Positions 1 to 15,493 of a DNA stretch of 64,000 bases are shown piece by piece. Each line of letters begins with the position of its first letter. The stretch's first letter is position 1. A program made the translations under genes and the position numbers. The DNA comes from Macrostomum lignano (Eukaryota): NCBI GenBank assembly GCA_002269645.1, contig NIVC01000692.1, positions 124,001 to 188,000 of the forward strand, written 5' to 3'. The notes under the pieces were generated by a model. That model had not been told where the DNA came from, made no database searches, and saw only the letters and a program-made list of their open reading frames with translations.

Positions 1-400
1 CAGACGGGGAGTCAGACGGCGGAGTCAGACGGGGGAGTCAGACGGGGGAGTCAGACGGGGGAGTCAGACGGGGGGAGTCAGACAGGGAGTCAGACGGGGG
101 AGTCAGACGGGGGGAATCAGACGGGGGAGTCAGACGGGGGGAGTCAGATGGGGGGAGTCAGACGGGGGAGTCAGACGGGGGGAGTCAGACGGGGGAGTCA
201 GACGGGGGAGTCAGACGGGGGAGTCAGACGGGGGAGTCAGACGGGGAGTCAGACGGGGAGTCAGACGGGGGGAGTCAGACGGGGGAGTCAGACGGGGGAG
301 TCAGACGGGGGAGTCAGACGGGAGGAGTCAGACGGGGGGAGTCAGACGGGGGAGTCAGACGGGGGAGTCAGACGGGGGAGCCAGACGGGGGGAGTCAGAT
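1..400. repeat. G-rich minisatellite, 13-14 bp unit GAGTCAGACGGGG(G), runs off the window start
   Basis: Directly visible tandem units varying in G-run length; explains ORF 148..417. Confidence 0.97.
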
Positions 401-2394
401 CAGATGGAGAGAGTTAGACCGGGATAGGAGAGTAGAAAAATAAAAATTTCAAGAATTTCCAAACGAGCCGCACTCTCCAGCTTGACTGTTTTCGTGAGTG
501 CAATATCCGCCAGACTTGTTTACCACCAAACAGGGCATAAAGAGGTCCAGTCCGATTTCGCTATTGTGCACTTTCAAGCCCCCAGAAGTTGTCAGCTGAG
601 TGAGTCACTTCCAATAGATCACTGACACAGGCCACAGAGACGAAGAAGCAAATCTGTTCCCGCAACTCTCTCTTTCACACCTGTCAGTTCTGGCCCTATT
701 CTTGACGCTTTGTCTCAGCTGGTCGATCCCGAGTCCCCCCCGCCCACGCAGCTGCGCCCAGGCCGGTGCTAAACCTAAATAACCCCTGTAAGACCCTAGA
801 AACAGAAAAGCTCATTAAGAATTCGGGATGAAAGAATAATCAATGGGGAAATAGGAAGGGTCAGGGCGGGCTCAGAGAGGTAAGGGAGGGGGGGGCGAGA
901 GGCGGTCGCAGATGTTTCGTCTGTGATCGGAGGGTAGGTGTTGTCAGGCAAGCCAATGTTAGTCTAATATTTTTACCGTTGTTTTCTCGATCCACTTCAG
1001 TTTTGGCTTCTGAACAACTTCGTTAGAGTACTACAAATGAAGGCTTTAGGCTTTAGCGGATAAATAGGATCTTTATTGCACTGAGGCGCCTGGAAAGGTC
1101 AATCAAAGCCAATAGGGTCCACTCTATCCCAAAAGCCCAAACCACGGATATTCAGCGCTCACCTCAACGGAGTGCCAATGTGGTGTCAGAGATGCCTAAA
1201 TCCGTGTCCTGATCGCCACTGACGCATCATCTCCTTAAATAAAAAATCCACTAACAAAATGTACGAGTTGCTAATCACTTGTAGGACTTAGCAGAGGTTA
1301 GCCAGGGGAAAGAGTTTAGGAAGTGCTAATTGCACTGCATGTATCGTGCTCTGTGTACTCCCTAAGCTCGACTACTTACCGGTGAAACTTTTGGTCAGGA
1401 AATTGCCAAGTCATAAAGGCCAAGTCATACGCACGCCAGTCTAACGGGGTTGGGGTGCCCCTGGCGTCATGTTTGCACTCAGCCCAGGCGTGGGTGTATA
1501 AGTTTAGAAGACAAAAGGGTTCAGTTTTCGGTCCCCCGGAAAAGCCCTGTGTCCTCGGCCTTCGAATTATTGTTTAGTCATATTTATTGTGCGAGACCGT
1601 CAGTACACTTTAGGTACGATTTTTTTTCGGCAACATTTCTTTATATCATTCTCTGTATAAATTCTTCTCAAGACTTCTGACTGCGCTAGGAATTTCCCGA
1701 CTAATGTGAATCATTGTGTAATACAATTATTACAATGTGAAGTTTATTGCATTGAACTGCTATACTACTATTCCCCAACCCAACTGAAAAGCCGCTTGTA
1801 AGGCCTTGCCTATATTTAACTCATCTGCCAGTGTTCCTATCGGCAACATCAAAGAAAACACGGGAGGATAACAATAACTGACCCAAGCAAGCACCTGACC
1901 TCGCATGGGCTGCACTCATAATCCAACCAGCCCATGATTTGTCGCAGTCTCTATCCTACACAATACAAATACGAGGCTGACCTGGAGAGTAATAAAATCA
2001 GGAATTTATCTTGACTTTAAACAAGCCAAAAGTTCCATAATTTAAGCCAGAAATCTATTAATAGAAATAGAATGCATAAATACGATAGCACAGGGACTTT
2101 AAAGAGCCGGTTTAAAATAGTAATTGTTTATAGACGGTTGTATTGGGTCTAATTAATCCGATGTAAACACGGCTAACTGCCATCCAGGAAGCGTTATCCG
2201 ATTTTTAGCTATTCGGACACAAATTCATGAAATTACGCATTGGCTGGTCTCATAAATTTGGAAACTCTGTCTTCATTAAGGAATGTGAAATCTGGATTTC
2301 GGCACGGGCCAGCAGACCTTACCGCTTAAGGCTTTGGTCTGGATGCCTAGCTTTCCGGCTGGGTCCAAAAGATTAAAGAATCACTGTTGCTGGA

Positions 2395-2905
2395 ATTCGC
2401 TGGACACTGGGGTGTCGAATTGGACATTGGGATTGGGGTGTAGGTGCCGAATTGGACATTTGGGTTTCGAATTGGACATTGGGGTGCCAAATTGGACATT
2501 GGTGTGGCAAATTGGACATTGGGGTTTCGAATTGGACATTGGGGTTTCGAATTGGACATTGGGGTGTCGAATTGGACATTGGGGCTTCGAATTGGACATT
2601 GGGGCTTCGAATTGGACATTGGGGTTTCGAATTGGACATTGGGGTTTCGAATTGGACATTGGGGTGTCGAATTGGACATTGGGGTTTCGAATTGGACATT
2701 GGGGCTTCGAATTGGACATTGGGGTTTCGAATTGGACATTGGGGTGCCGAATTGGACATTGGGGTGTCGAATTGGACATTGGGGTTTCGAATTGGACATT
2801 GGGGCTTCGAATTGGACATTAGGGTGCCGAATTGGACATTGGCGTGCCGAATTGGACATTGGTGTGGCGAATTGGTCATTGGGGTGCCGAATTGGACGTT
2901 GGTGT
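2395..2905. repeat. 20 bp minisatellite CGAATTGGACATTGGGGTTT, about 25 copies
   Basis: Exact 20 bp periodicity; source of the six overlapping repetitive ORFs at 2334-2952. Confidence 0.97.
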
Positions 2906-3565
2906 GCCGATATTTTTACTGGGTTAGCATTTTCAGCCTGATGCATCTGTAGCGTTTGAGAACGGGAAAAATTATCAAAACCTATCCACGAATCCTAAAT
3001 TTAGCTCAAGAGTCTGAGAACAAACAGTCAGTAACTGCTGCTAGACTAGCAGCAGCTGTTAGCGCAGCTGCCGATTAGGAAATAATTTCAAGCGGGGCTT
3101 TTTACCGGCCTAGGGAAGAAGAAAACGGATTTCCACCGATTCCTTTGTGCCAAAGCCAGAATTTATTTTGTTGCAGTTAAAAGGCCCAATTGGACTGGCC
3201 AATTAGCCCAGTTACCTTGTCATTGCAACCTGCGATGGCTAATTGAGAAACTCATTTTCTGCTATTTTTTAGCTGTTTTTTAAATCTGTTAACAAACAGA
3301 TGAATAGTCTGTGCATGTATGTGGAGCAAAGGATGTTGCATCGTGTGGATTTTGCTGGAGGCTTCTTTTAACAGAGGAAAAGTTAGCAGAAAGTATTACT
3401 CACTTGGAGGTGAGCGGCTAGGCTCAAAATACAGTTGTGCTGTTTAAACAGATTCTGCAACAGTTTGCTTTTTTATCACCATAGACAAATTCGGTCGAGA
3501 TTAGAATTCAGTGCTAGCTTCGCTTGATCATAGATTCGCTTAAAATCTTTCCAATTTATCCACAG

Positions 3566-3682
3566 ATACGCCTGAAGTCGCGCTTCATCCTAAACGGAGT
3601 CTGCGTGCAGTGGCAGGGCTACATGGACAGCAACAGCCTCAGCGGTCGAGGGCGGATTGTCTTTGACGCCGACAGAGCAGAG
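3566..3682 (+). CDS. CBFB: Core-binding factor beta (CBF-beta/Brother) internal exon, 39 aa IRLKSRFILNGVCVQWQGYMDSNSLSGRGRIVFDADRAE
   Basis: Aligns to human CBFB VYLKAPMILNGVCVIWKGWIDLQRLDGMGCLEFDEERAQ (recalled sequence); flanked by atccacag| and |gtgag; 117 bp, phase 0/0, same size as the recalled human exon 4. Confidence 0.92.
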
Positions 3683-4039
3683 GTGAGAGAAAAGAAATAT
3701 TTTTTCACTCTGCAAGAGATGCCTTTTGCGTCTTTTTGGCAAGCATTAGCGAATCTTTCTTGAACAGAAATCTTACTTTTGCAGCTGCTCCAGCTGGGTC
3801 TTTTGATGGGATGACTGTTTTCTAGAATTTTCCTAATCCTCAGAAATTCGGCGATCAGAAATTAATGACTGTCGGTGGGCAGTCCAATGAAGGCCGAAAC
3901 TATTTGTTAGCGTCGGAGATTCTGTGACCTTGACAGACAGTGCAGAAATTTTGCGAACTCAGATTCAAGCTGATTCAAATTGTGCGCTCATTCTTGAGGC
4001 CAAGGTACCCCAGCCATTGCATCAGTCCATAGGCAACTC

Positions 4040-4850
4040 CTGACCCTCGTCCCCGAGCACCCCTGTCCCCCAGCACTCCTGTCCCTTAACACCCCTGTCC
4101 TCCAGCACTCCTGTCCCTTAACACCCCTGTCCTTAACACCCCTATCCCCAGCACTCCTGTCCCCAGCACTCCTGTCCCCAGCACTCCTGTCCCCAGCACT
4201 CCTGTCCCCAGCACTCCTGTCCCCAGCACTCCTGTCCCCAGCACTCCTGTCCCCAGCACTCCTGTCCCCAGCACTCCTGTCCCCAGCACTCCTGTCCCCA
4301 GCACTCCTGTCCCCAGCACTCCTGTCCCCAGCACTCCTGTCCCAGCACTCCTGTCCCCAGCACTCCTGTCCCCAGCACTCCTGTCCCCAGCACTCCTGTC
4401 CCCAGCACTCCTGTCCCAGCACTCCTGTCCCCAGCACTCCTGTCCCCAGCACTCCTGTCCCCAGCACTCCTGTCCCCAGCACTCCTGTCCCCAGCACTCC
4501 TGTCCCCAGCACCCCTGTCCTTAACACCCTTATCCCCCAGTAACCCCTATCCTTAATACCCTTATCCCCTAGCCCCTGTCCCCCAACACCACTATCGCCA
4601 GCATTCTTGTCCCCAGCACTCCTGTCCCCAGCACTCCTGTCCCCAGCACCCCTGTCCTTAACACCCTTATCCCCCAGTAACCCCTATCCTTAATACCCTT
4701 ATCCCCTAGCCCCTGTCCCCCAACACCACTATCGCCAGCATTCTTGTCCCCAGCACCCCTGTCCCCTCAGCACTGTCCCCTGGCACCCCTGTCCCCTGGC
4801 ACCCCTGTCCCCTGGCACCCCTGTCCGCTGGCACCCCTATCCCCTGGCAG
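4040..4850. repeat. 15 bp minisatellite CCCCAGCACTCCTGT in the CBF-beta intron
   Basis: Homogeneous core 4150-4510 with degenerate edges. Confidence 0.96.
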
Positions 4851-4978
4851 CCCTCTTCTGGTATTAGTTTACATTCAGTAAGTGGCTTTGCAGAGACCGA
4901 TTCAATGGACGATCTCTAGGTGTCTAAGCCCGCTTAGCAAAGCTTTTAATACACCAACCAAATCATCCAACTGACCAG

Positions 4979-5449
4979 GTGGAGAACCAGCTTCTCAGGA
5001 ATCAGCTGATGGAGTACCACCGCCTGCATAGCAGTTGCTACGCCATGTCAACTGCCGCTGCCGCGGGGGCAACAGCTGCAGCCGCCACGGCTGCCGCCAC
5101 CGCCACAGTCGCTGCTTCCACAGTCGCCGCTACTGCCGCCGTCCCGGTAGCTGCTGGAGCATCTGGCGGTGGCAGCTACTCGGTGTCGCACCATCTGGCG
5201 CAGTGGCCGATGCGTCATTCAGGGGTTGCGGAGTCGCCCACACCCCCGCCGCCGCCACCCACACCGTTATATGAGCACGAGCAGCCTCAGCACCGCAGCA
5301 GCAGCAATCGCAGCAGCAGCAATCGCTCTCTCCATCAGCAGCTTCTGGCTCGGAGGAGGCGGGCGAATCCTAATGCAGAACAGAATCCCTCAGTTTTCTC
5401 AGCTCCCTCAACAGGCAGGGGTTTTGGACAATTGCACTGTGCCACCTGA
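4979..5449 (+). CDS. CBFB: Probable CBF-beta terminal exon (VENQLLRNQLMEYHRLH followed by an Ala/Pro/Ser/Gln-rich tail)
   Basis: Phase-0 acceptor ctgaccag|GTG matches the phase of the upstream donor; helical start resembles the post-domain segment of CBF-beta; 156-codon ORF to TGA; AATAAA at about 5739. Confidence 0.7.
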   Translation: MENQLLRNQLMEYHRLHSSCYAMSTAAAAGATAAAATAAATATVAASTVAATAAVPVAAGASGGGSYSVSHHLAQWPMRHSGVAESPTPPPPPPTPLYEHEQPQHRSSSNRSSSNRSLHQQLLARRRRANPNAEQNPSVFSAPSTGRGFGQLHCAT

Positions 5450-5974
5450 TTTCCGGGACAAGCAAACAGATAGGCTGGTAGCGGCCGCGGGTGGCAGGCC
5501 GGGTATATCCGGAATCCCATTTCTGTCGGCAAAACTTGAAAACGTTGTCATTTTTGACTGTTTGTTGGGATTGTGCGCTGTGAATCACCCCCCCACCCCT
5601 GGCCCTGGGAGTCGATCTTGCCCATTAGACATTTTTTTGTAGCTGCTAATGTATTCTCTAATTGTTCTGCTAAATTTTAATCTTTGTTGCCAAGCTTCTG
5701 TCCGCGCTGTTCCGAGCAGATTAATGCTTTTTCCTCTTAATAAAGTTTTTTCCTTTAAATTTTGTCTGTATCGCGCAGTTCAAACCTGCCAGGCATGCAA
5801 AGCTGTGACGGGAGCCGGCAGTTTCAGCTGTGTGCGAGCGAACCAGTCCGAGCTTATATAATAATATACCAGACTTTCCGCCACACATTTCAATCGGAAC
5901 TAACGTGGATATTTTGTTCAGTAGAGCTGCTGCTGCAGTGACGCGTCCGAAACTCTTTTTGCTTTTGTGCAGTC

Positions 5975-9901
<3,927 letters not shown>

Positions 9902-10326
9902 GCGTGCTGCTGCTGGTCAGAGTCTTGGCTGCGCGATCTACATGTAATTACTGTACAGGCCGTAATTTCCGCATTTTCAATCGTAGTAAAGCGCCTGAGC
10001 GAGTGCATAAAAAATGCGTGACGCACTGACACGCTCTGAGACACCTGGCACGCCTATTTAGCATTCACCGGGGCTATTCTGTCCAGCTCAATTTGAACTG
10101 GCATTTCCTCAAAGGATTCTGTTCAGCAAGGCGCGCTATACCTCGATTTGGAGAATGCAGCGGAGCGCGAATCCTCTTCGTCGAATTGAGCGCCCGCGCG
10201 CAGTTCATTTCCGCAAATTGTACGCACCATTTTCTGCGCAAACTCAAGAGACTTTGAGCTCATTAGTAGAAGCCTGTAGTTCCCCAAAAAAGATATAAGT
10301 GATTTCCCAACGTGACAGTCACATGA

Positions 10327-11416
10327 GGCCGTAGTGAATAACCGTCTGCACTAACCCGTGTATGTACTATGCAAAATGTTACTTCCGCGATGCTGGCAAA
10401 TGAATGCAAAGAAATGTAATGACAACTGTTTCGGTTAGTTAATTTTCATTAAAACTTGAAGTTTAATGCAAAACAAAAGCAAAATTGTTAAGAAACCTTT
10501 AACAGAGACTTGAGTTACTGCAGGCTCTCTGATCCCCCTGTAATCCGATCAGGCCATCCATCAGGAGTCGGTGTTTGCTCCTGAAGAATTTACTTCAAGT
10601 AAATTTCTCTAGAAGCAAGAGACGCTGTAGTTCGGCGTTGCTTAGATCCGCGGTCTCCTTTGTCTCATCCATTCGGCGTTTCGCTTGCAGCTTCTTTACA
10701 GTCGATGGTGTGAGCTGCGAGCATTGACTTCCGCTTGAACGTGAAGAATTGGCGTTTCCGGAACCGCACGGTGGAGAGTCCGAGTCCAGATGATCGGCCT
10801 CAGTCGATGGCTTGATCCCACACACCAGGAATCCTGTTAAATGTAGGATTGTCTTCGCTCTGAAGAAATCGCAGCATCTCTTCTTCCCATTTTTAGTACG
10901 ATCTTGTTTCCTGTTTTTTTTCAGATCCGTCTTCCCTTTCAGCCTAGACTTAATGTTCTTCATTATCTGCTTTCCATTAAGTTTAATGCCATGCAGCCCC
11001 ATTTCTTCTTGCATCTTGCAGAGAGCAGTTATTCTTTTTTTGACAGCGTTCGGCGCCTTGCCCTTGTCCAGTAGGCAATGGAAACGGGAAACACAATTGT
11101 CACGAAACTTCTTCATCGCCTTCGTCCTGTGTAGCCATCAGAAATGTTAGTCAGCAGAAATGAAAACACTGATCCTTGCCGAGAGAAGAAAAAAATGCAT
11201 TCATTCCTTACTTATTGACCTCGGCTTCGCATTGGCAAACAAATATTTCTATGTCATAAACTACGCGAGCTCATACTCACCAACACTAGCCGCTGAGTTT
11301 GGGTATATTCTTTATTCATACAAACCTTAGAGTCTCGGCTCGTGTTCAAGCATTTGCTCATAACTCGGAGTTTAAGCTGAAGCTCTTGAGTATTTGCTCG
11401 TTTTATGCATACGGCC
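10327..11416 (-). mobile_element. Putative non-autonomous PIF/Harbinger-like element carrying a Myb/SANT-like ORF (10595..11116)
   Basis: ORF contains KLNGKQIMKNIKSRLKGKTDLKK and ETADLSNAELQRLLLLEK, resembling Harbinger-type Myb/SANT proteins; imperfect TIRs GGCCGTAGTGAATAA / TTATGCATACGGCC; flanks TGA and TAA resemble a TWA target site. Confidence 0.5.
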
Positions 11417-12230
11417 TAATATCTCAGCTTTACGAGCTAAAACTTTTACAGACCATTTTTAGCTTATACGCATGAGCGTACAGTGTATTTTCTAAGCCGC
11501 TTTTTCCGAACGGATGCTTTTGTGTCAGCTTGCGGGCCGAGCTACACTTGCCTCACCTCTAGATGCTCTTTGTTCAATCAACTGATACAAATCAATCAAT
11601 AGTTTGCTCTTCAAGCCAGCTTTGTGATTGTAGTGAGCCACTAGTTTGGTGTTAGGCGTCGCACTTGGTCAGCAGTTTCCCTCGCCCTCGCCCTCGCCCT
11701 GGTGCTGTCTACCGCTGTTCAGCTTCCCGCCTTCCCTTTGTCTGCCTGTTTGGTGTCCGCCTTTCCCGTTTTCTGTCTGTTCTCTGCCCGGTTTCCTGCC
11801 CTCCTGTTCTCAGCCATATGCTTCTCTGCTGTGGACTGTCCTTGTTTCGCTCCAGTCTTGAGGTCACGCTGATGGCCTGTTTCCCCTGTTTCCCCTGTTT
11901 CCCCTGCTTGAGCAAGTCACATGACAGGCCTTGTTTTCTTGAAGTCCTTAAACTGCAGTAAACATGTTTACTGCACTCGCTGGTCTGTGTTTACGGGAGA
12001 ATCACGTGCCTAAGGCCCTTCCCTTCTCTAAGGAGAGAAGTGACTCATGTTTCTAAAAATAGACACTGAGTCACAGCCTATTGCACTCTGCCCGGAGACC
12101 CCCAGTGACGTCAGTTCTAAAAAATAGAACAAAGTCACGAGGCAGTGGAGAATCCCGCGCTATGAAACTAGACAACTAGACCCCCCCTAATCCTTGGTTC
12201 AGTCAAGGAGGCTTCTAATTTCCGTTTGCA

Positions 12231-12416
12231 GTGTTCTCTAAGTGCTTTGTGTCTGCGTACGTTCAACTCATTGCTATTGGTCTGACTGAGACCCATCTGA
12301 AGACACCCCAAGCCTGCGAGAGGCTAACACAGCCCTCCATTCCACCCACCAAGCCCGGAAAGACCTGCAGACGAGACGCCTTGTACGTTAAGCTGCAAAT
12401 CTGCACGTTGTGCTGA
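12231..12416 (+). mobile_element. Degenerate LINE apurinic-endonuclease-like fragment
   Basis: IAIGLTETHL ... RRDALYVK resembles the APE motifs I.ITETWL and R.DR..GGV.LYVK; no reverse transcriptase downstream. Confidence 0.35.
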
Positions 12417-12691
12417 GTTCGTTCGTCTTAGTTACACTCTTACGAGTGTAAATTTCGTCCCAGACTCACCTCACCGAAGGTGGAGACCCGACGGACTGGT
12501 GGCAGCACTACCGACGCTAATAAGAGCTAATAAGAAGGCTTCCGAGAAGAAGAGGCTCTAGACTTAAGACCTACCAACTTAAACCTAGAGACAACCCCGA
12601 GACAACCCTCTCTACTTCATGATGTTTTTGCTTACACGAAAAACTCCCGAACTGTTCTGTTCCTTTGCCCATATTCTTGACCTTTCCATCT

Positions 12692-12727
<36 letters not shown>

Positions 12728-13514
12728 GCAGCTATTTCTTCTGCTAGTGTCAAAGCAGCTCAATTAAATGAATTCTTTGATTCTTGCTTGCTCAAAAGCC
12801 TCACCCCAGCCGCGCCGCTGTTGGAGCTGCATGACGCATTTCCGTGACGCAGTTCCGTATACTCAGTCGCAGCCATGCTGTTTTAATTTTAGATTTTCAT
12901 TCGCTCGATTATTTAACTTCTAAGCTGTTTGAATTTCTTTAAAAATAGATGATCATGACGAGCTCTGATCCCATGTTTGCTATAGTGAGGAGAGAAGAAG
13001 CAAATTAGTAGAATTAGCGCACTTCTGCTGAGCTGTTTTTAAACCATTTATTTTTTCACACTCGTGCAATCTCGAAAGCAATATTCTCAACTGAAGTCGA
13101 TGTTGAATTTGCTTTGCGGTTCTTTTGATGCATAGAGCTCGTATTCAAAGCAAAGGTTTACTACAAAGAGATTATGTACCCGGGTAGCAAAGTGACGTTG
13201 CGCGACGTCAAAATGACGTTGAAAATAGGTCAAAGTGTAACGTCAAAATGACGTCAATTCTGTCGATGTTTTTTACGTAATTTTGACCTAGATCTGTGAC
13301 GTTGTTTTGACGTCAAAATGTACCGAAATTTTACCGTCTTTATTTAATAGATTTAATGGCTTTTAAATGCACGAAATGACTGGTATGATGTCTTTTAAGA
13401 AAACAAATGTTACTGGCTTTATGATTGATGGTTATCTTTGCATTCTGAAGTCAACTTTCTTTGAATGTGTGTAGGCAGTACATGTATACCCATCTTATTT
13501 CTAGAAGCTAATAG

Positions 13515-13681
13515 CAGTGGCGTAGCTAGGAATTTCCTTCCGGGGGTCACAGCCACAGCGGCAACCGGGGACGGGGTGTTAGGCCTCTGCGACGGGGGAG
13601 GGGGGCTGCTGCCTGTATTTGGCCTGGATCAGCCGGCTGGGGGGTTCATGACCCCAATGACCCCCCTTGGCTACGCCCCTG
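13515..13681. mobile_element. 167 bp hAT-type MITE nested in the 5.9 kb element
   Basis: TIRs CAGTGGCGTAGC / GCTACGCCCCTG (11/12); 8 bp TSD GCTAATAG / GCTAATAT (7/8). Confidence 0.85.
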
Positions 13682-15493
13682 GCTAATATAGTTACATTTT
13701 TACCAGAAAATATTAAACAAGAATACATGCGGACAAAGCCTTATATTCATCTGCTCTTGTATACATACATATTGTAGACATTGGATTTAGAAGTTAAATT
13801 GTTACTTTTCTTCGTAAATTGTTATTTTAACACAAATTAAGTTGATGCTTGCATATGAAAATTTATGAAAAGGATGATAATAAATAAAATTTTAAAAGTT
13901 GAAAAATTTACAATAGTGCCAAAAACGACAGTACTGACAAAACAGAATAGAATGTTGAAAACAGTGTCATTGAAACAAATATAAGGATGAGAGCAGCAAA
14001 CAACAGAACTGTAGAATAAATAAATAGAGAGTAGTTGCATATTGCTGCATATTGCCCAGTCTTTCAGTCAGAAGATCAACATCAAATTCTTGATAATCCT
14101 CAGTCTCTGAATTGGAGGAGACTGAATCAAATGGTGAATTGTTATCCTCTTCCTCAACTCCTTCCTTAAATTGACTAGCTGACATCCCTTCATGACAACC
14201 TGTTCCAATAAGCAGGGATGATGTCATCATAAGAATGAATTTTCTCCTCCTCATCTAGGAGTTGGAATTAGTATCATTGATGGCATATAGTAGCAATCTC
14301 TCCTGTCCTCTTCACCCAGGTGGTTATCTGAAATAGGCAGAAAAAGTATATTTGGTTATAAAAAGATTTTGACATGTATTTGTACAGTTACATTTTATAC
14401 ATCCATAAATTGCAATATACAAAACTATATTATACAGAAGTCTTTAGCCTTAGGCCCTACTCTTAGTCTTAGGATTTCTATACATAATCCTATAAATCTT
14501 TTTACTTTTGTTCAGACTTTCTATTCAACTAAAAAATCTGCTCAACCACAAATTAAACAATGGTGCCCTAGCAATGCTACAATAATGTCTAAAACATGTC
14601 TAAATATGATTAACAAGCTATAGGCTACTTGATGGAGCAAAACATTAATAAATATGTTTTAATATAGAATATAGCTAAGTATAAGTTTGTTAAGGAAATT
14701 GTAGCTCTAAGAGTGCTAAACTGAGAAATTAGGGCCTACTAAAGATTTTAATGAGATAACTAGGAAACTAAAATATATTTTAAATGCTAGGCCTAACATG
14801 AACTTAGCATGTATAGTAGATATAATGTCATTAAATGGCTGATTAGTAAAACTAAGAAACAAAAAATATTAATTTCAAATCAAGTATGCCAAGCTTTTTG
14901 TATGATAGAAATGCTAGAACAACTACACCTTCCAAATAAAAATTTGAAATTGGATCTTGGAAGTTGGATATGATATCTAAGGTCCAATAATTATATATGA
15001 TTAGGCCTAGGCTGAGAGTAAGACTGATTCGAAAATCAAGCAGTTCTTTGCAAACTGTATTTATGTAGGAATTTGATTTCCAGACAATTATTATTTTGAT
15101 AGGAATTATGTTTAACTCTAGTAGTTGTAATCAATGCAATACTTGTGGTAGGCCAGGCTATTATTACTAGGGCCTATATATTTCCAATAAAAACAGCAGT
15201 ACTGATAGGAAATGGGGAGAGAGAAAGTAGTAGAATTAAAATGAGCAACTATCTTATTAGCTAGCCAATTTAGCAAAGTTTGTATTAGTAGCTAAGTCAG
15301 CCATGATTTGGTATTGCTTTAATAACTAATAAGTCATTCTATACCAAAAAAATCTATTGGTATGTTTTATGGCAGCTGAAAATATTTCGAATAATATTCA
15401 ACCAGGAGAAAGATGACGTTTGATATCATCGTGAAGGTGAAGTTTCATATAGCAGGTAACACTAACTAAATAAAAAAGCAACGCCACTTATGA

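Noticed and set aside
900-1240. Minus-strand GDDASV.. segment as a possible reverse transcriptase remnant
   Set aside because: Many stops and no other RT motifs
2270-2330. KECEI and KSGFRHGP fragments resembling CBF-beta RECEIKYTGFRDRP
   Set aside because: They lie in different frames with no consistent splice sites; the 5' CBF-beta exons were not found in the window
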